Shown: in pieces, positions 12,557 to 28,960 of the stretch
Layout of the letters: each line of letters begins with the position of its first letter
How positions within the stretch are numbered: position 1 is the stretch's first letter
DNA from: Amoebidium appalachense
Lineage: Eukaryota; Protista; Ichthyosporea
Direction: 5' to 3'
Length of the DNA: 64,000 nucleotides
Assembly (NCBI GenBank): GCA_963693365.1
Contig: CAVNZM010000001.1
Location: 21,150,125 to 21,214,124 of the forward strand
The notes under the pieces: generated by a model
Databases searched by the model: none
What the model was told of the DNA's origin: nothing
The model's input: only the letters and a program-made list of their open reading frames with translations
Made by a program: the position numbers and the translations under genes

Positions 12557-13544
12557 CTGCGCCTGCGCCTGCGCTTGCGCCTGCACCTGTGCCCGCCATG
12601 CCTGCGCGTGTGCCCGGGCCGTGCATATTCCTTTGTATGCACCTGTTTAGGCCAACCAGTACTGTGTGCTGTGTGCCATTTCCTGTTTCGGTGCCCCGGC
12701 GGACATGTTCTTGTACCGTTGTGTGGCCCGCCCAAGATTTCGACCTGTGCCTGACTATGCCTTTGATGGGCAAATACCCAGTGCATATGTTAAATTTCCC
12801 CCGCCGCCTAGGGTATATCATATACGACTGATAGCAGAGAGCTTTCAGTTTGCACATTTTGTTCGACAGATTCAATGATCCGGAGGGAACCAGTGGCCGT
12901 GGCATACAGGCTCCATCTCGCCTGAGGCTCGTCAATATTAAGCTCAGCTGCTTAGGTGTTCACTGAGCTTGATTATGACCTACGTAATCCCTTCTTGGAT
13001 TATGGCCTTGCGTAGCAGCGGCTTGGTGAAAGGGGAAAGGGGAGGGGGACCCCGCGGCGGTAGCTATTTCGGGGTGCGTGCCACGGTGTGTGTGTACGTG
13101 TGTGCGTGTGTGCGTTCCAGTGTGTGTGTGTGTGTGTGCCGTGGTGGTGGTGCGGTGGTGGTGGTAGTGGTGGTGGTGGTAGTTTGTGCGTGCACGTGTG
13201 TGTGTAAGCTTTGGAGGGGGGGGGGGGGAGGGGGGAGGGGGGGGGGAGGGGGGGGGGGGGAGGGGGGATATTGTCATGCCAAAGATGCTTTTGTTCTCTC
13301 CACCCTACACTACAAACCCTTGCAGAGTGTGTGTTCGCCTGTTCGCCAGTCTCCTGCCAGTTCCGAGACCTACCCTCAGCTTCTACATGTAGCAGCAGGC
13401 GGAAGAGGTGGCCAGCTGCCTTTCGAATCCACGTGCCGTCCACGCCGTGCGGAGTGGAGCAGCGCGGACCGTATGATTGGTTCGGAACGCATCACATCCA
13501 AAGAATGTTCCCCTAGAGCACCTATGTAGTGTTGGAAACTTAGA

Positions 13545-15578
13545 TCTTTTTTTTTTTTTGACTGGATTTATTCGACGGAAAGATATGCAAGTATGCACGG
13601 CATACTGAGAAGACAATAAATCTTTTTTTTCTTTTGACTGGATTTATTCGACGGAAAGATATGACAAGTATGCACGGCATACTGAGAAGACAATAAAAAA
13701 AACTTCACGAGTTATCCAGTAACAAGTGCATACTGAGATACCTGAACACTGTGTGAAAATCATATAAATACTCAATGTGACGACCAACAGAATTCAACAA
13801 AAAGTCTAAAGTGTTCACATTGCCAGCTAGTGTAGCAGATACCCGGAGGGAAAGAGGTAAAACGCGACATAAAAATTCACACCTATCAACATGCTTGCGA
13901 TTAAAAAGGTCAGCACAAAAGTGGCACCAGCGGCGATGAAAACAAGAATTACAGCGCCACTGCACAACTTCCCAGGCAATATCAACATCAGAGCACCATA
14001 CAGACTTATCTACTAGGGTGGTATCCATACGTACAGCAGGAGAAATGTATCCTGCCAAAGCTCCCAAAAAGCGATAATGATCAGTACGGTGTTGCCTAAG
14101 GAACATAACACATGCCGACTGAGTTTTGCCTTTGATTTCTCTATCAGAACGAGAAAGAAACTTATACTGCGTATGGTAATAACGCGAAAAGGCAGAAAAA
14201 ACAGGAAGAGAAAAGAAAGAGGGAGTGAGATAGCGAGAGGAAGAATCAGGTGGAAAGAGGGTAGGCTGAGGACATTCAGAAGTAGCGTTGGTGAATCGGG
14301 CCGGGGGGAAGAGGAATGGAGGGAGGGGGGGGAAAGAAAGCATAAAGAGGGTGACCATCAGGTAGCCTAACTAAATGAAAACAAAAACGAAGAGACAATT
14401 CCTCCATACGACAAACAGCAGACGACAAACCAAACATACTGATTAAGGGAGGCACAAACCGAGTACGAAACAAAGTGCGTAGCGCAGTACCCTGAAAATC
14501 GTCGAACTCGTTCAGCGCCATTGCCGCCTCGCGAGGTGGGGCGCAGGCCAATAGCGGAAGTCCATATTCGAAAGTCGGCCGTAAAAAAGTTTTATAGTAG
14601 AGAAGAAGGTTCGCAGGATGGATCACAGACTCCTGTTGAAACATATTTGACACGATGTGAAGCTTACCCTTCGCACGAGCGATCCGTGCTGTGAGGAGCT
14701 TGCGGAAATCAATACCCCGTGCAGTAAAAGGAATACCCAAATAGTCATAGGTGCTCTGAACAGGAATAGGAAGGCCGGCCAATCGAAAGGAAGTGTTCTT
14801 CGAAAAAGTAGCACACTTTGCAATTCCGACTGTCATGAAATTCTCGGTGCACCATTGATCCACCTGACGAAGCATCTGGTGCATGACATCTTCGGTTAAG
14901 GAACAAAGAACAATATCGTCCGCAAAAAGGAGACCCGGTACATGACGGGTATATAGTTGGCCAAAGGGTTCGAGGGCGCAGGCTAAATCGTCAATGAAAA
15001 CGTCAAACAACAACGGACTCAGGAGGGACCCCTGCAGAAGACCCCGGGAACGGGAAAAACCGGGTGTTAATGTTCCATTGACCGCCGCGCGTCCGCGAGT
15101 GGTATCGAACAACGCTTGCAGAAGACGGCCAAAGGGGGCTGGTAAGCCCCGCATAGCTAGCTTGTTTTATGCCATAACAAACCAGTGGGTACGGTGTCGT
15201 AGGCGTTCTTAAGGTCGATGAAGACAACGTGTGGAGAGCCAGAAGTAATGGATTCATGGAGTAACAGACTGTGAGTATAACACGAATAGGCATGACGAAA
15301 GCCCCCTTGAAGGGAAGAAAGACGGAACACGGCGTTTAGAGAATCGTCGGTGTTAAACGCGCGAAGCATGCAACCCTCGAAGAGCCGACGAAAAACGTTG
15401 GTAAGTGTGACGGGACGAAAGTCGTTAATGACCCCCTGCGATACCTTCTTACAATAAATCCTTCACGAGTTATCCCGTAACAAGTGCATACTGAGATACC
15501 AGGTCTGAACACTGTGTGAAAATCATATAAATACTCAATGTGACGACCAACAGAATTCAACAAAAAGTCTAAAGTGTG
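13545..15578 (-). mobile_element. 5'-truncated non-LTR retrotransposon (LINE-like RT), frameshifted, with duplicated 3' pieces
   Basis: RT motifs FRPVTLTNVFRRLFE, QGGFR, FIDLKNAYDTV, GLLQGSLLSPLLF, LLFADDIV and YDYLGIPF. C-terminal CxxC...H...C knuckle (CHFCADLFNRKHVDRC). AATAAA and an A-rich tail at ~13545-13570. Frameshifts near 15160 and 14320. Confidence 0.92.
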
Positions 15579-15781
15579 GACTTCACTTTCACTTCGATCT
15601 CTTAGCTGTCACGTCAACTTTTTTTTCCCGATTCTTCACCATGGCAGGTATATAAAGGCTTTCGTTTCTTCTTTTTGTGTGGACTTCACTTTCACTTCGA
15701 TCTCTTAGCTGTCACGTCAACTTATTTTCCCGATTCTTCACCATGGCAGGTATATAAAGGCTTTCGTTTCTTCTTTTTGTG
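15574..15781. repeat. 103-bp near-perfect tandem duplication at the LINE 5' junction
   Basis: GTGTGGACTTCACTTTCACTTCGATC...GGTATATAAAGGCTTTCGTTTCTTCTTTTT starts at both 15574 and 15677. Confidence 0.9.
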
Positions 15782-17371
15782 GTGGGAGGGAGTCCCATTC
15801 AGGGGAACGTGACTGCAGCGTGTGTGTGGTGTGGCCTGGTGTATTCCTACTGCTGTGAGAGTGTGGGGGCATCTCCCTTTCGCGGAGTTTCTCGCTTGAG
15901 AAGTGGTTTCTTCAACGCCTGGTGGTCCACCGCAACCTATGGTAACTTCTACACGCTGTCTACGCTTCTACGCGACCTATTGGCGGTGGGCTGCTGCAAC
16001 TTCTTCAGCTACTTCTGCGCTGCGTGAGTGGAGGGGCGGCTACTTGGTCGTCGGGGAGCTTTCCAAGTGACTGCCAGTCCTTAGCCTCCAGTCGTATCAG
16101 GCAATGACCGGGTTTGCTAGCATGCATGCATTCTGTAATTGTGTTTTTCTGTGTGTCCTGCCACAACTAGGCCACCTTATCTGTTATCAGAGAGCTAGAT
16201 GCAGTTTCTTTGGGTTATCTAGGGGCCGGGCCCGTTGGGATTGTTTTTTAGCTCAGATTTGGTCTGCATTGCTCTTTTAGAGGCTGACTTGCTTGCTGTG
16301 CCTCGATAGGTTTTGAGGGGGGCCTGTTGGGAAGGAGCAGTAACGATGTCTTCTTGCAGAGTGTGGTCTGGTCAACATCGATGCATATGACTAGTTGGAA
16401 CAAACTAGTTTCACGCATACACGTACACTTACGGTTTTGCCCGCTGGTGTCCTTTGTCACTTGTCGTTTTATTTTTATTTCGTAGCTTTGGCTTTTTCAA
16501 TTCTATTGGTGGTTATGTAGCCTGTGGCTGCACGTTGCCTTCATCAACGGATGATCAGACCAGAGTTGAAAGAAAACTTAGCTGGCGCCAGACTTTCTCG
16601 CCGCCTTCGAAATTTGAAAATCCCAGTAGGATGACTCGTACTTACATGGGTTATCAGCTTACAAGCCAAAAGAGATTCCATTGCAGCCACATTATTTTTT
16701 TTTTCTTTTGTGGCCACCAAGGCTTTACTATCCATAATTACATGCTACAATACACACCAATATTCATGAATATTCAATCTCATGAAAAATAAAGCGTGGC
16801 GAAGAAGTTCAACAACACGCCCGAGAATTAGGTTTTGAGAGACTGCAGATGACTGCGCAGCCAATCACACGGCGTCCTGGCATCCAATATTACACCGAGC
16901 GTTGTGGCCTGTTTCGCGTGTTTTGTGGACCAGCAAGTTCTGTTTGTGGACCACCGAGGCACCGACTCACCCAGGGCAGTCGTGACAGGTGACCCTATTT
17001 AATCTTCTTTCCTCTTGCACCCATTGCACGCTGCTGTGACAGGGCTCTCCTGCAGGCACCAAGGCCAGCCCATCTGATCTTCAATGCACGGTTGTTGCAC
17101 GTGTGGGGTGTACACATCTATGGCTAATGCGTCACACTGGCTCGAGATCGGTCTGCCTGTCGATCGCGACCGTTCACCTTTCATCCTTTCTCAGAGTTAT
17201 CTTCAACCCAAAGTCTGTGCCGCTGAACCTACCGGAAGGCGGCTGTCCGCCAGCCTGTGTGGTGCAGTCCAGCTATTCCAGGCGCTTCTATTATCCACCA
17301 GCTGCTGTGCGTAGATCTGGCCCCGCGGGTTGCTGATTGTCCCAACGGACCATCACCTTGCATCCTTCACG

Positions 17372-21613
<4,242 letters not shown>

Positions 21614-22808
21614 TGACCCGCAATTAATGTTGGGGCTGCAAGACTGCCAATCCATGGCATGTGCCGTCATAAGGAACATGCTGCACCTTAACTGATAGAG
21701 GTGGCCACCTTCGCAGGTGTTTGGACATTTGTATGGCAGCTCTGTTATGTTCATAGTTTATCCTGACATCTATAGTGCATGTATGGGACCTTGTTTACTC
21801 TTGTCTTTATGCATGAATGTTTTTTTTCTAATAATGGATTTTTGTAGACCCACCTCGATCCAGCTGACATCTGCCAAACTCTACTTAGTAACACTTGGTG
21901 GTTTTATGGTCGTCGCCCTTGCCTGAGATTTCACCCACGTCGATCAGCCATTAGAGGTACACGGTGGTATATATATGCCGTGATATTCCTTCCAAGTTGT
22001 ATATCTCAAGGGGGCGCATGCATGCGGCACCTCTCGTCACAAGTTTTGTGTCGGAAGACACAGCACGGTACGCCTGCACCCACAAGGGGGTGGTGCTCTC
22101 ACTCGATTACCCAGAATGTGGGCCACGGTGCACACCATGAATGTGGGGCACCTTCAGCACAGATAGCGTACACGTAAACCCGCTGTTTCATGAGTACATA
22201 TGGCATTCTACAACACGTAAGCGTGCGGTGCACAAGGAAACACATGCACAGACCACCTAACCATGGAGCACTGCTTCCAGCCCTTGGCATCAAATGCGTG
22301 CCACTGGTGGTGGCATGAATGACGTCGCCGTGGCCACTGGTCGATGAAGTGAGCATGGGCATGGTGTTCCTTTGTGGTGGTGAATTGTGATGAAGCAAAC
22401 AGGGTGAATGGGTTTTGGGGGGGGGGGAGGGTAAGACTGCGGTGCATGTACGCATTACACATTACTCAGGTCACGTGCAGGGGTTGTGTTTCACACAGCA
22501 AGCAGCAGCCAATCACCTCCTACCGTGGATGCATGCCTGCATATGATTGGGAGCTGCATAGTGTGTGCATGCTGGCGCTCTGCATGCAGCCACCGGTTGC
22601 CTTGCTTTTGTGTCCACACAGATGACAACATCCAGACAAAAACCGGTGTGTGCAAATCACGGTGCGTGCCAATGGATCAAAATGCCTGCAAATGTTCTTG
22701 GCTTTGCAGTGAATTTGAGACGCACATGATGGGCAATCACACCATTGGCTCACACAGTGCATACGGATTTTCTGTGTGCGTGTGTATGTTCATGTGTGTG
22801 TGTGTGTG

Positions 22809-22856
<48 letters not shown>

Positions 22857-23685
22857 TGTGTGTATGGGTGGATGTGTGCATGGTTATGCGGCAAGTGTGT
22901 GCATGTGTATGTTTGCACTTGTGTGTGCATACCCGAGCCGGGAAGCAACCACTTGCACATACATCTCCGCACGCCTGTTGTGAACGTGTGTGCGTGCCCG
23001 TAACTGTGTCAACTTCGGCTTCGGACTCAGCATGCGTCACATTCTGCCAGCAGAAATAGTTGCCCCCCACCACACCCTCTCTCTCTCGAGGAGCTCCATT
23101 GAGCAATGGGTGGGACAGGTGTGTGCCTGTGTGCCGCTGCACCTGCTGCCTCTTTGTCCCTCTGAGCACCAAATGAGCCTAGACATATGCCCTTTCCTCG
23201 GACCGGTTACCCTCCCAAATGTGTATCCTCCTGCCACACATTTCCGTGCACAGATAAGGAATGCTTTTCACTACACGTGTGCATGTGTTTGGGTGTTGGT
23301 GTGTGCAGGTGCACGCCTGTGTGTTCGGGTGTGCATCGGATGATTTCGCATATGTGCAGATGGTGTATGTGGATGTTGTGCACATGTGTGTGTGTGTGCC
23401 TGTGTGTTGTGCACGTGTGGGTGGATGCCAGCGGTGTGTATATGCTCTGCAGGTGCATGCATGATGGCACGTATCTGCACCATGTGCTGTGCTGAGAGGT
23501 GTATGGGTGCACGTGGGCATGCAGTGCTCAGTGCCCGTGGTTGAGACTAGCTGCCACTATGCACGTGCCATGCATTGCACGTGATATGGCGTGGGAGGGG
23601 AGGGGGTGGGGGGGGGGGGGGATGATGGGAAAAGGACGGGTCGTGGCACACAGTATAACGTCAAAGTACAGAGACACAAACGGGG

Positions 23686-23723
<38 letters not shown>

Positions 23724-23809
23724 AAATGGGTTGCGAGTCTTTAGCGTGGGATGGTAGCCACCAGAAAAAAACACAGAAGGGAACGGTAAACGAAGGTGGA
23801 GGGACGGAA

Positions 23810-23845
<36 letters not shown>

Positions 23846-24218
23846 TGGAGGGAACAAGGCTGTCGGTATCAGCATTTTTCATTGATTTCAAACCCTGGTG
23901 CATACAGCACCGTGGAGAGCCCTTGCACCAGGTTAATTAGTGGGGCCACTACTAAGTTTTACGTTTAGGGTCCATTATAACATGGCGTTATTCATGTGAC
24001 AAGCAGCCTTCTCAAATATTCAGGTTAAGTTTCAATATCACTCGGCACACGTGTGCTTAACTTCAAACCTCCCCCCTTCCCCCCCGGCCACCCCCCCCCC
24101 CCCCCCCCCCCCCCCCACAAAGCCCTCCACCAAAAAATGCAAAACAAAAAGCAGAAAAACACCACGCCCCATTCTCGGTTTCCGTTCTCCGTTAGTTATA
24201 AGGGTATACAACCCCCAC

Positions 24219-25736
24219 CTAGCGGCCGATTTTGATGCCCGACTCGTCCTGGGGCACATCACCAAATGTGTAATAGGCGTAGGTCATGGACAGCATGTCT
24301 CGCAGCCCGGCCAGGAGGCAGAACACGGCCACCACCGTGGAAAGCACAACTATTGTCCAGCACAGGATCTTGGTGGCCAGGCCCATGCTGGCCCCCCGGT
24401 AGCTCATGTAGATGATGGGGGGCATAATTAGGGCCAGGGGGAACAGACACAGCGTGCCGAACAGGGTTAGGAAGCGGCCGAAGAAGGGCAGCCAGATGGC
24501 AAAGAACCAGGCGGCCACTATGTAGGCCACCCGTACACCGTAGTGCAGCGCCCGCTCCTGCTTGAGCAGTGTCTGGCTCTGCCGCCCAAAGTAGCGCTCC
24601 AGCGCCCCGTAGGCCGGCAGCGACAGCACGTGGAAGCCGATGACTGCGTGCACAACCACAAAGAACCGCGCGGCCGCCAGCGTGTTCATGACGGCTGTGG
24701 TGCCCTGCACGGTCTGGATGCTGTCGAAGATGTTGCCCTGCACGAGGTTGCCAAACGCCCAGTAGCCCGTGATGGCCGTGAACATGTAGAGCACCCACGT
24801 GTATGCCCACGTGGCCTGCACGGCGCGCAGGCCGGTCTGGCGGGGGCACGGGTCGGGCTTGAGGGTGGCCTGGACCTCGGGCAGGATTAGGTGGCTGCCA
24901 AAGGCCAGGATGAAGGCAAGGATGCCGCTGAAGGCGTCGAGCATCTGGACCACGGGGTTGGCCGTGGACACGTAGCCGTAGGTGGCGTTGGGCTGCTTGC
25001 CGGCATAGAGCGTGAGGGCAAAGACCATGAGGCCGTACAGGAAGCTGCAGCCCACAGCCACGGCCGAGGCGGCCCAGAAGGCCTGGTACTTGGGCACCGT
25101 GCTGACGCCCAGCTGCACCCCGGCCATGATGCTCGTGAACACAAGCAGCCGCGGCACGTCGCACGAGTCCGTGCAGCCCGTCTCGACCATGGACTGGAAG
25201 TTCTGCCCGGCCGTGATGAGATACATGACGGCGTAGCAGAACAGCATCATAAACTGGAACGGCTCGACCACGTGCTTGGCGTACTTGTAGGCCAGCGTGC
25301 GCTTGCACAGCCGGTAGTAGGTGTTGAACCGCCCCGCCGCCGACCCTGTTTCAGCGTCCTTCTGGGCCACGTGCATCTGCGTGAGCATGTACGCCGTGTA
25401 GAAGGTCACCACGGGCACCAGGAACATAACAAACAAGCCAGGGCCCCAGCGTAACCTGGCCAGGGCTGCAGGCAGGCCCAGCACCCCCATGCCCACCGTC
25501 ACCGTGGTCAGGTGTGCCGCGGCCTGCCACCATTCGCCCGTGGGCTCCTCGTCCACTCGCAGTGTGCCCTCGTGGTGCTCGTCGGCCTGCCGTGGGCTGC
25601 TGCCTGCCGCCCTGCTGTTTGCTGCACTCTCCTGCGCCTTGGGACCCAGCTCGTCCGGCTTGCTGGGCGGCACTGCCACCATGCCCACTACGTCCACTTC
25701 GGGCGCAGGGCCCGTGGCGTCACTACTGCTGGCCAT
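24219..25736 (-). CDS. Amino acid/auxin permease (AAAP, Aa_trans) transporter, plant LHT/ProT/GAT-like, intronless
   Basis: 505-aa ORF with ~11 hydrophobic helices. Motifs WWQAAAHLTTVTVGMGVLGLPAALARLRWGPG, RFNTYYRL, AFGSHLILPEVQATLK, GYWAFGN and LPFFGRFLTLFG. Confidence 0.92.
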   Translation of the reverse strand: MASSSDATGPAPEVDVVGMVAVPPSKPDELGPKAQESAANSRAAGSSPRQADEHHEGTLRVDEEPTGEWWQAAAHLTTVTVGMGVLGLPAALARLRWGPGLFVMFLVPVVTFYTAYMLTQMHVAQKDAETGSAAGRFNTYYRLCKRTLAYKYAKHVVEPFQFMMLFCYAVMYLITAGQNFQSMVETGCTDSCDVPRLLVFTSIMAGVQLGVSTVPKYQAFWAASAVAVGCSFLYGLMVFALTLYAGKQPNATYGYVSTANPVVQMLDAFSGILAFILAFGSHLILPEVQATLKPDPCPRQTGLRAVQATWAYTWVLYMFTAITGYWAFGNLVQGNIFDSIQTVQGTTAVMNTLAAARFFVVVHAVIGFHVLSLPAYGALERYFGRQSQTLLKQERALHYGVRVAYIVAAWFFAIWLPFFGRFLTLFGTLCLFPLALIMPPIIYMSYRGASMGLATKILCWTIVVLSTVVAVFCLLAGLRDMLSMTYAYYTFGDVPQDESGIKIGR

Positions 25737-26779
25737 GCTGCGTGTTTATGCTAGTTTGCTAACGGTCACTGCACTTTAGACCTACTTGTCCCCAGGTTAG
25801 AAACACAGTCCTATACTCACGCGCACAGGACTGGGCATCCGAATGACGGTGCAGACCTCTTGTTGGCTAGGCCGATCTAGGGGGAGATAGTGGATCTACG
25901 CCATGGAATGCGATAGCGTATGGTGGAATTCACAGGCTCACAGCATATGGCCAGAATTGGCAGAGATGTCGTCGCACCATCCCTTGTAAACTGTCGATAT
26001 ATTTGTGTGTATAAAATAAAAGGGATACATGTATATTGGAATTACTGAATCAAGTTGAATGGCGTCCTAGAGCTGCCATATGTTCCAGGTTCCCAGAAAG
26101 TTAAAACGGCTAAAAGTCCAATCCCAAACAAGAGTGCTGATTGGTTGCAAAGAATACACAAGGTAATACGGCAACTTCGATTCTCAGAGGGACGCCACAA
26201 GGCCTACACTCGTTATTTGAAATACTGTTCTTCTTCGCACAAACAGCCTGTACTTGTGAGGCTGAAACCTCCTTCTTTTCGAAGTATCCTGAAGTAATAC
26301 TGTATTTCAAACCAGCCTCTACGGTCTCACATGTACAGCGCTCGTGCCGGAGTCTCCCCCTCTGCTCATGAGCCCCCGTTTTTAAATTATCAAGTAGGCC
26401 TAGTCATAAACCGTTGGATGGAATTTCTCCTATCAGTAACCCAAATTTTCAGCAACCAAAAAACGACCCGTAGGTGACCAGTCGGCCCAGTACTAACTTT
26501 TAGTGAAGCTTTTGGTCTTCTTATAAGCAATATGACTAAATATAGTTTATGTGATGACATTATGTAGCGTAGGAGCATAAAGTACCATTTCAATCGTCAT
26601 GCTGACTATTTCATTCGTACGCGCATCTTGCACCCCCCCTTCATAAAACCCGATAGATCTCTGCCGATAACGACCAACATAGCCACTACTCTAGGACACC
26701 ACGTCTCACTGCACGGCTTGGAGAGCACAAACACACAGGCAGGCACACAGGCACGCAGTAGACTTGGAGACGGAATAGA

Positions 26780-28174
26780 ATGAAGCAGAGTTTGTGTATT
26801 GCGCTGCTAGCGGCGCTGTGCGGCAGCAGCTATGGCGTGGGCAAGGGCAACTTCTACGCCATTGCCCACGGCGTGAACGTGCCGAGCGCGCTGGACTTTG
26901 CCGTGCAGGTGGGCACCAACGCCATCGAGATAGACATCCAATACAACGTAACCACGGGTGACCTGATAGAGTTCCGCCACGGCGGCATGTGCGACTGCAA
27001 ATGCAACCTGGACAACGAGCTCTGCAATAACATGCGCGACTATGCAAAGAGCATAAATTTCCCCGACGTATGCGAGCTAGCCACTCCGTGGCAGCAACAC
27101 ATGGAGCACATAGCCAACAAGTCCGAGATACAGCTGGTTTACTTCGACAGCAAAATCACGCCCGACTTTTCGAAGGAGGCGCTTGTCAAGGCCGCAACAA
27201 ACCTTGTGGACTCGATCGTCAAGCACATGTTCAGCAACAAGAATTTTGTGGGTGATGTGCTCATCAGCTCGGCCAGCCCCGAGAAGTACATCTTTTACAC
27301 CACAGCGGCAGCAGAGGCAGCCCACCAGCTCCCCCCCGAGCTGAAAAAGCGCATCTTCTTCACGTTCGACGCCACCAAGGCGCGCAAGGCGCTGGAGGTT
27401 GCGCCGCGGCTGCACTCTGTCAGCAAGAATGTCATCTACAGCAACGGGCTGACGTCCTGCTTCACCTTCAACTACAGAAAGGCCCTGGAGGGCGCCATGG
27501 AGGGAATGAAGCAGGGCTTTCTTCTCAACGCCATAGTGTGGACCGTGGACAAGCCCGAGCGCTTTGCCTGGGTCTACAGGATGGGCGCAAGGGGTGTCCT
27601 CACCAACAACATCAAGACGCTTGTGGACTGGGCCCGGTCGCAGAACCTCACGTTTGCAAAGGCGGGCGACGGCACGCTGGCCCAGGCCAACATGGACCAG
27701 GAACTGCCTGCGGGGGTCACGGCCGACAACGTGGAGGCGTTGAGCGGCTGCGAGTGCACATACTACCGCCCTAACAAGCACGGCGTGGGCGGCTGTGTCA
27801 TCACACGCCTGCCGCCGGCCGGCAAGGCCTGCAAGTGCGAGTACAAGGGCATGTGGACCTGCAGCAGCAGCGTCGTGCCCTGCACAAACGCAAGCAGCGA
27901 GCTCTGTAAGACCCCTGAGCCGGGCATGGAGACGTGCCTGCTGGGCGGGGGGGACTGCGAGGGCTACCCCACGTGCGACTGCGACTACCACTCGGGGGGC
28001 TGCAGCATCAGCGTCACGGCGCCCGTGGGCTATGCCTGCGAGTGCAGGTACAGGGGCCTGTGGACCTGCGGGGGCACGGCCAAGCGCTGCGACCTCAACC
28101 AGGCCAAGTGCACACAGCCAGACAAGACCAAGGAGGCATGTGTGCTGGGCGGCGGCGACTGTGGTGGCTATTGA
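26780..28174 (+). CDS. Secreted GDPD-like sphingomyelinase D / phospholipase D (dermonecrotic-toxin family) with two C-terminal Cys-rich repeats, intronless
   Basis: Signal peptide. Catalytic and metal motifs FYAIAHGVN, NAIEIDI, HGGMCDCKC, VYFDSK, WTVDK and GVLTN. Two ~70-aa repeats of the form CxCxY..GGC.I....P.G.ACxCxYxGxWTC...C..P....E.C.LGGGDC.GY. Confidence 0.9.
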   Translation: MKQSLCIALLAALCGSSYGVGKGNFYAIAHGVNVPSALDFAVQVGTNAIEIDIQYNVTTGDLIEFRHGGMCDCKCNLDNELCNNMRDYAKSINFPDVCELATPWQQHMEHIANKSEIQLVYFDSKITPDFSKEALVKAATNLVDSIVKHMFSNKNFVGDVLISSASPEKYIFYTTAAAEAAHQLPPELKKRIFFTFDATKARKALEVAPRLHSVSKNVIYSNGLTSCFTFNYRKALEGAMEGMKQGFLLNAIVWTVDKPERFAWVYRMGARGVLTNNIKTLVDWARSQNLTFAKAGDGTLAQANMDQELPAGVTADNVEALSGCECTYYRPNKHGVGGCVITRLPPAGKACKCEYKGMWTCSSSVVPCTNASSELCKTPEPGMETCLLGGGDCEGYPTCDCDYHSGGCSISVTAPVGYACECRYRGLWTCGGTAKRCDLNQAKCTQPDKTKEACVLGGGDCGGY

Positions 28175-28920
28175 GGGGGTTGAAATTTAGTTGGCGTTTG
28201 GGGGGGTCTTACGTAGGGTGTGGGGGCGGAAGGGTGGTGTTCTGGGGTGTTCCTATGAAGGGGGGAGGTTGGGAGTATTTTAGTAGTATATGGGCCTGAC
28301 TCGCCCGAAAGAAGGGCCCCGGCTGGCCTAAATGGCACCAGCGGCCTTTAGTGTGAGATATGATATGGGGCTCTAATAAGAACACTGCAAGCGAATATGG
28401 ACTGAGACACAAGTTAGCGTATGTGTGAATGATATGATGTCGTAGGGGTCAAGTGGACTCCTAATACAACCACCTAGAGCATGATTGCCGCTCTGCTTGT
28501 GTGTCAGCTGTGCGTGGGTGCGTGGAGCACCCCAGAATATCATGATCATCCCCCTCTCCCCCCCCCCGGGCCGAACCCCCGCTTTCCCAGCAATCCACTT
28601 CGAGGTTTTTGCAGGCAGCCACCACTTTGTAAATTTCACCCTAGACTTTCTGTATTCAATTTGGCCATGATATCGATGCCCAACAGGTGTGGGTTTGCAG
28701 GCCATGCCATCCTCCCTCCCACCCTCCACCGCCAATTGTTCCCCACACTCCGCCAAGTACCAGTGTTTGTTACTATTTTAGTAGAAAGACTTTGCCCAAC
28801 ACCTGTAAGAGGTGGGTGTATACATAGCTACAGTAGGTAGCCCGTCACGCATTGATACAACTTATTGATATATTCGTGTATTCATCCTCTGCCCCCTCCC
28901 CCCCCTTCCCCCTCCCCCCC

Positions 28921-28960
<40 letters not shown>

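Noticed and set aside
15880-16030. Possible restriction-like-endonuclease LINE C-terminus (WFLQRL…GN)
   Set aside because: Needs a frameshift, and no upstream PD-(D/E)xK or CCHC motif is visible.
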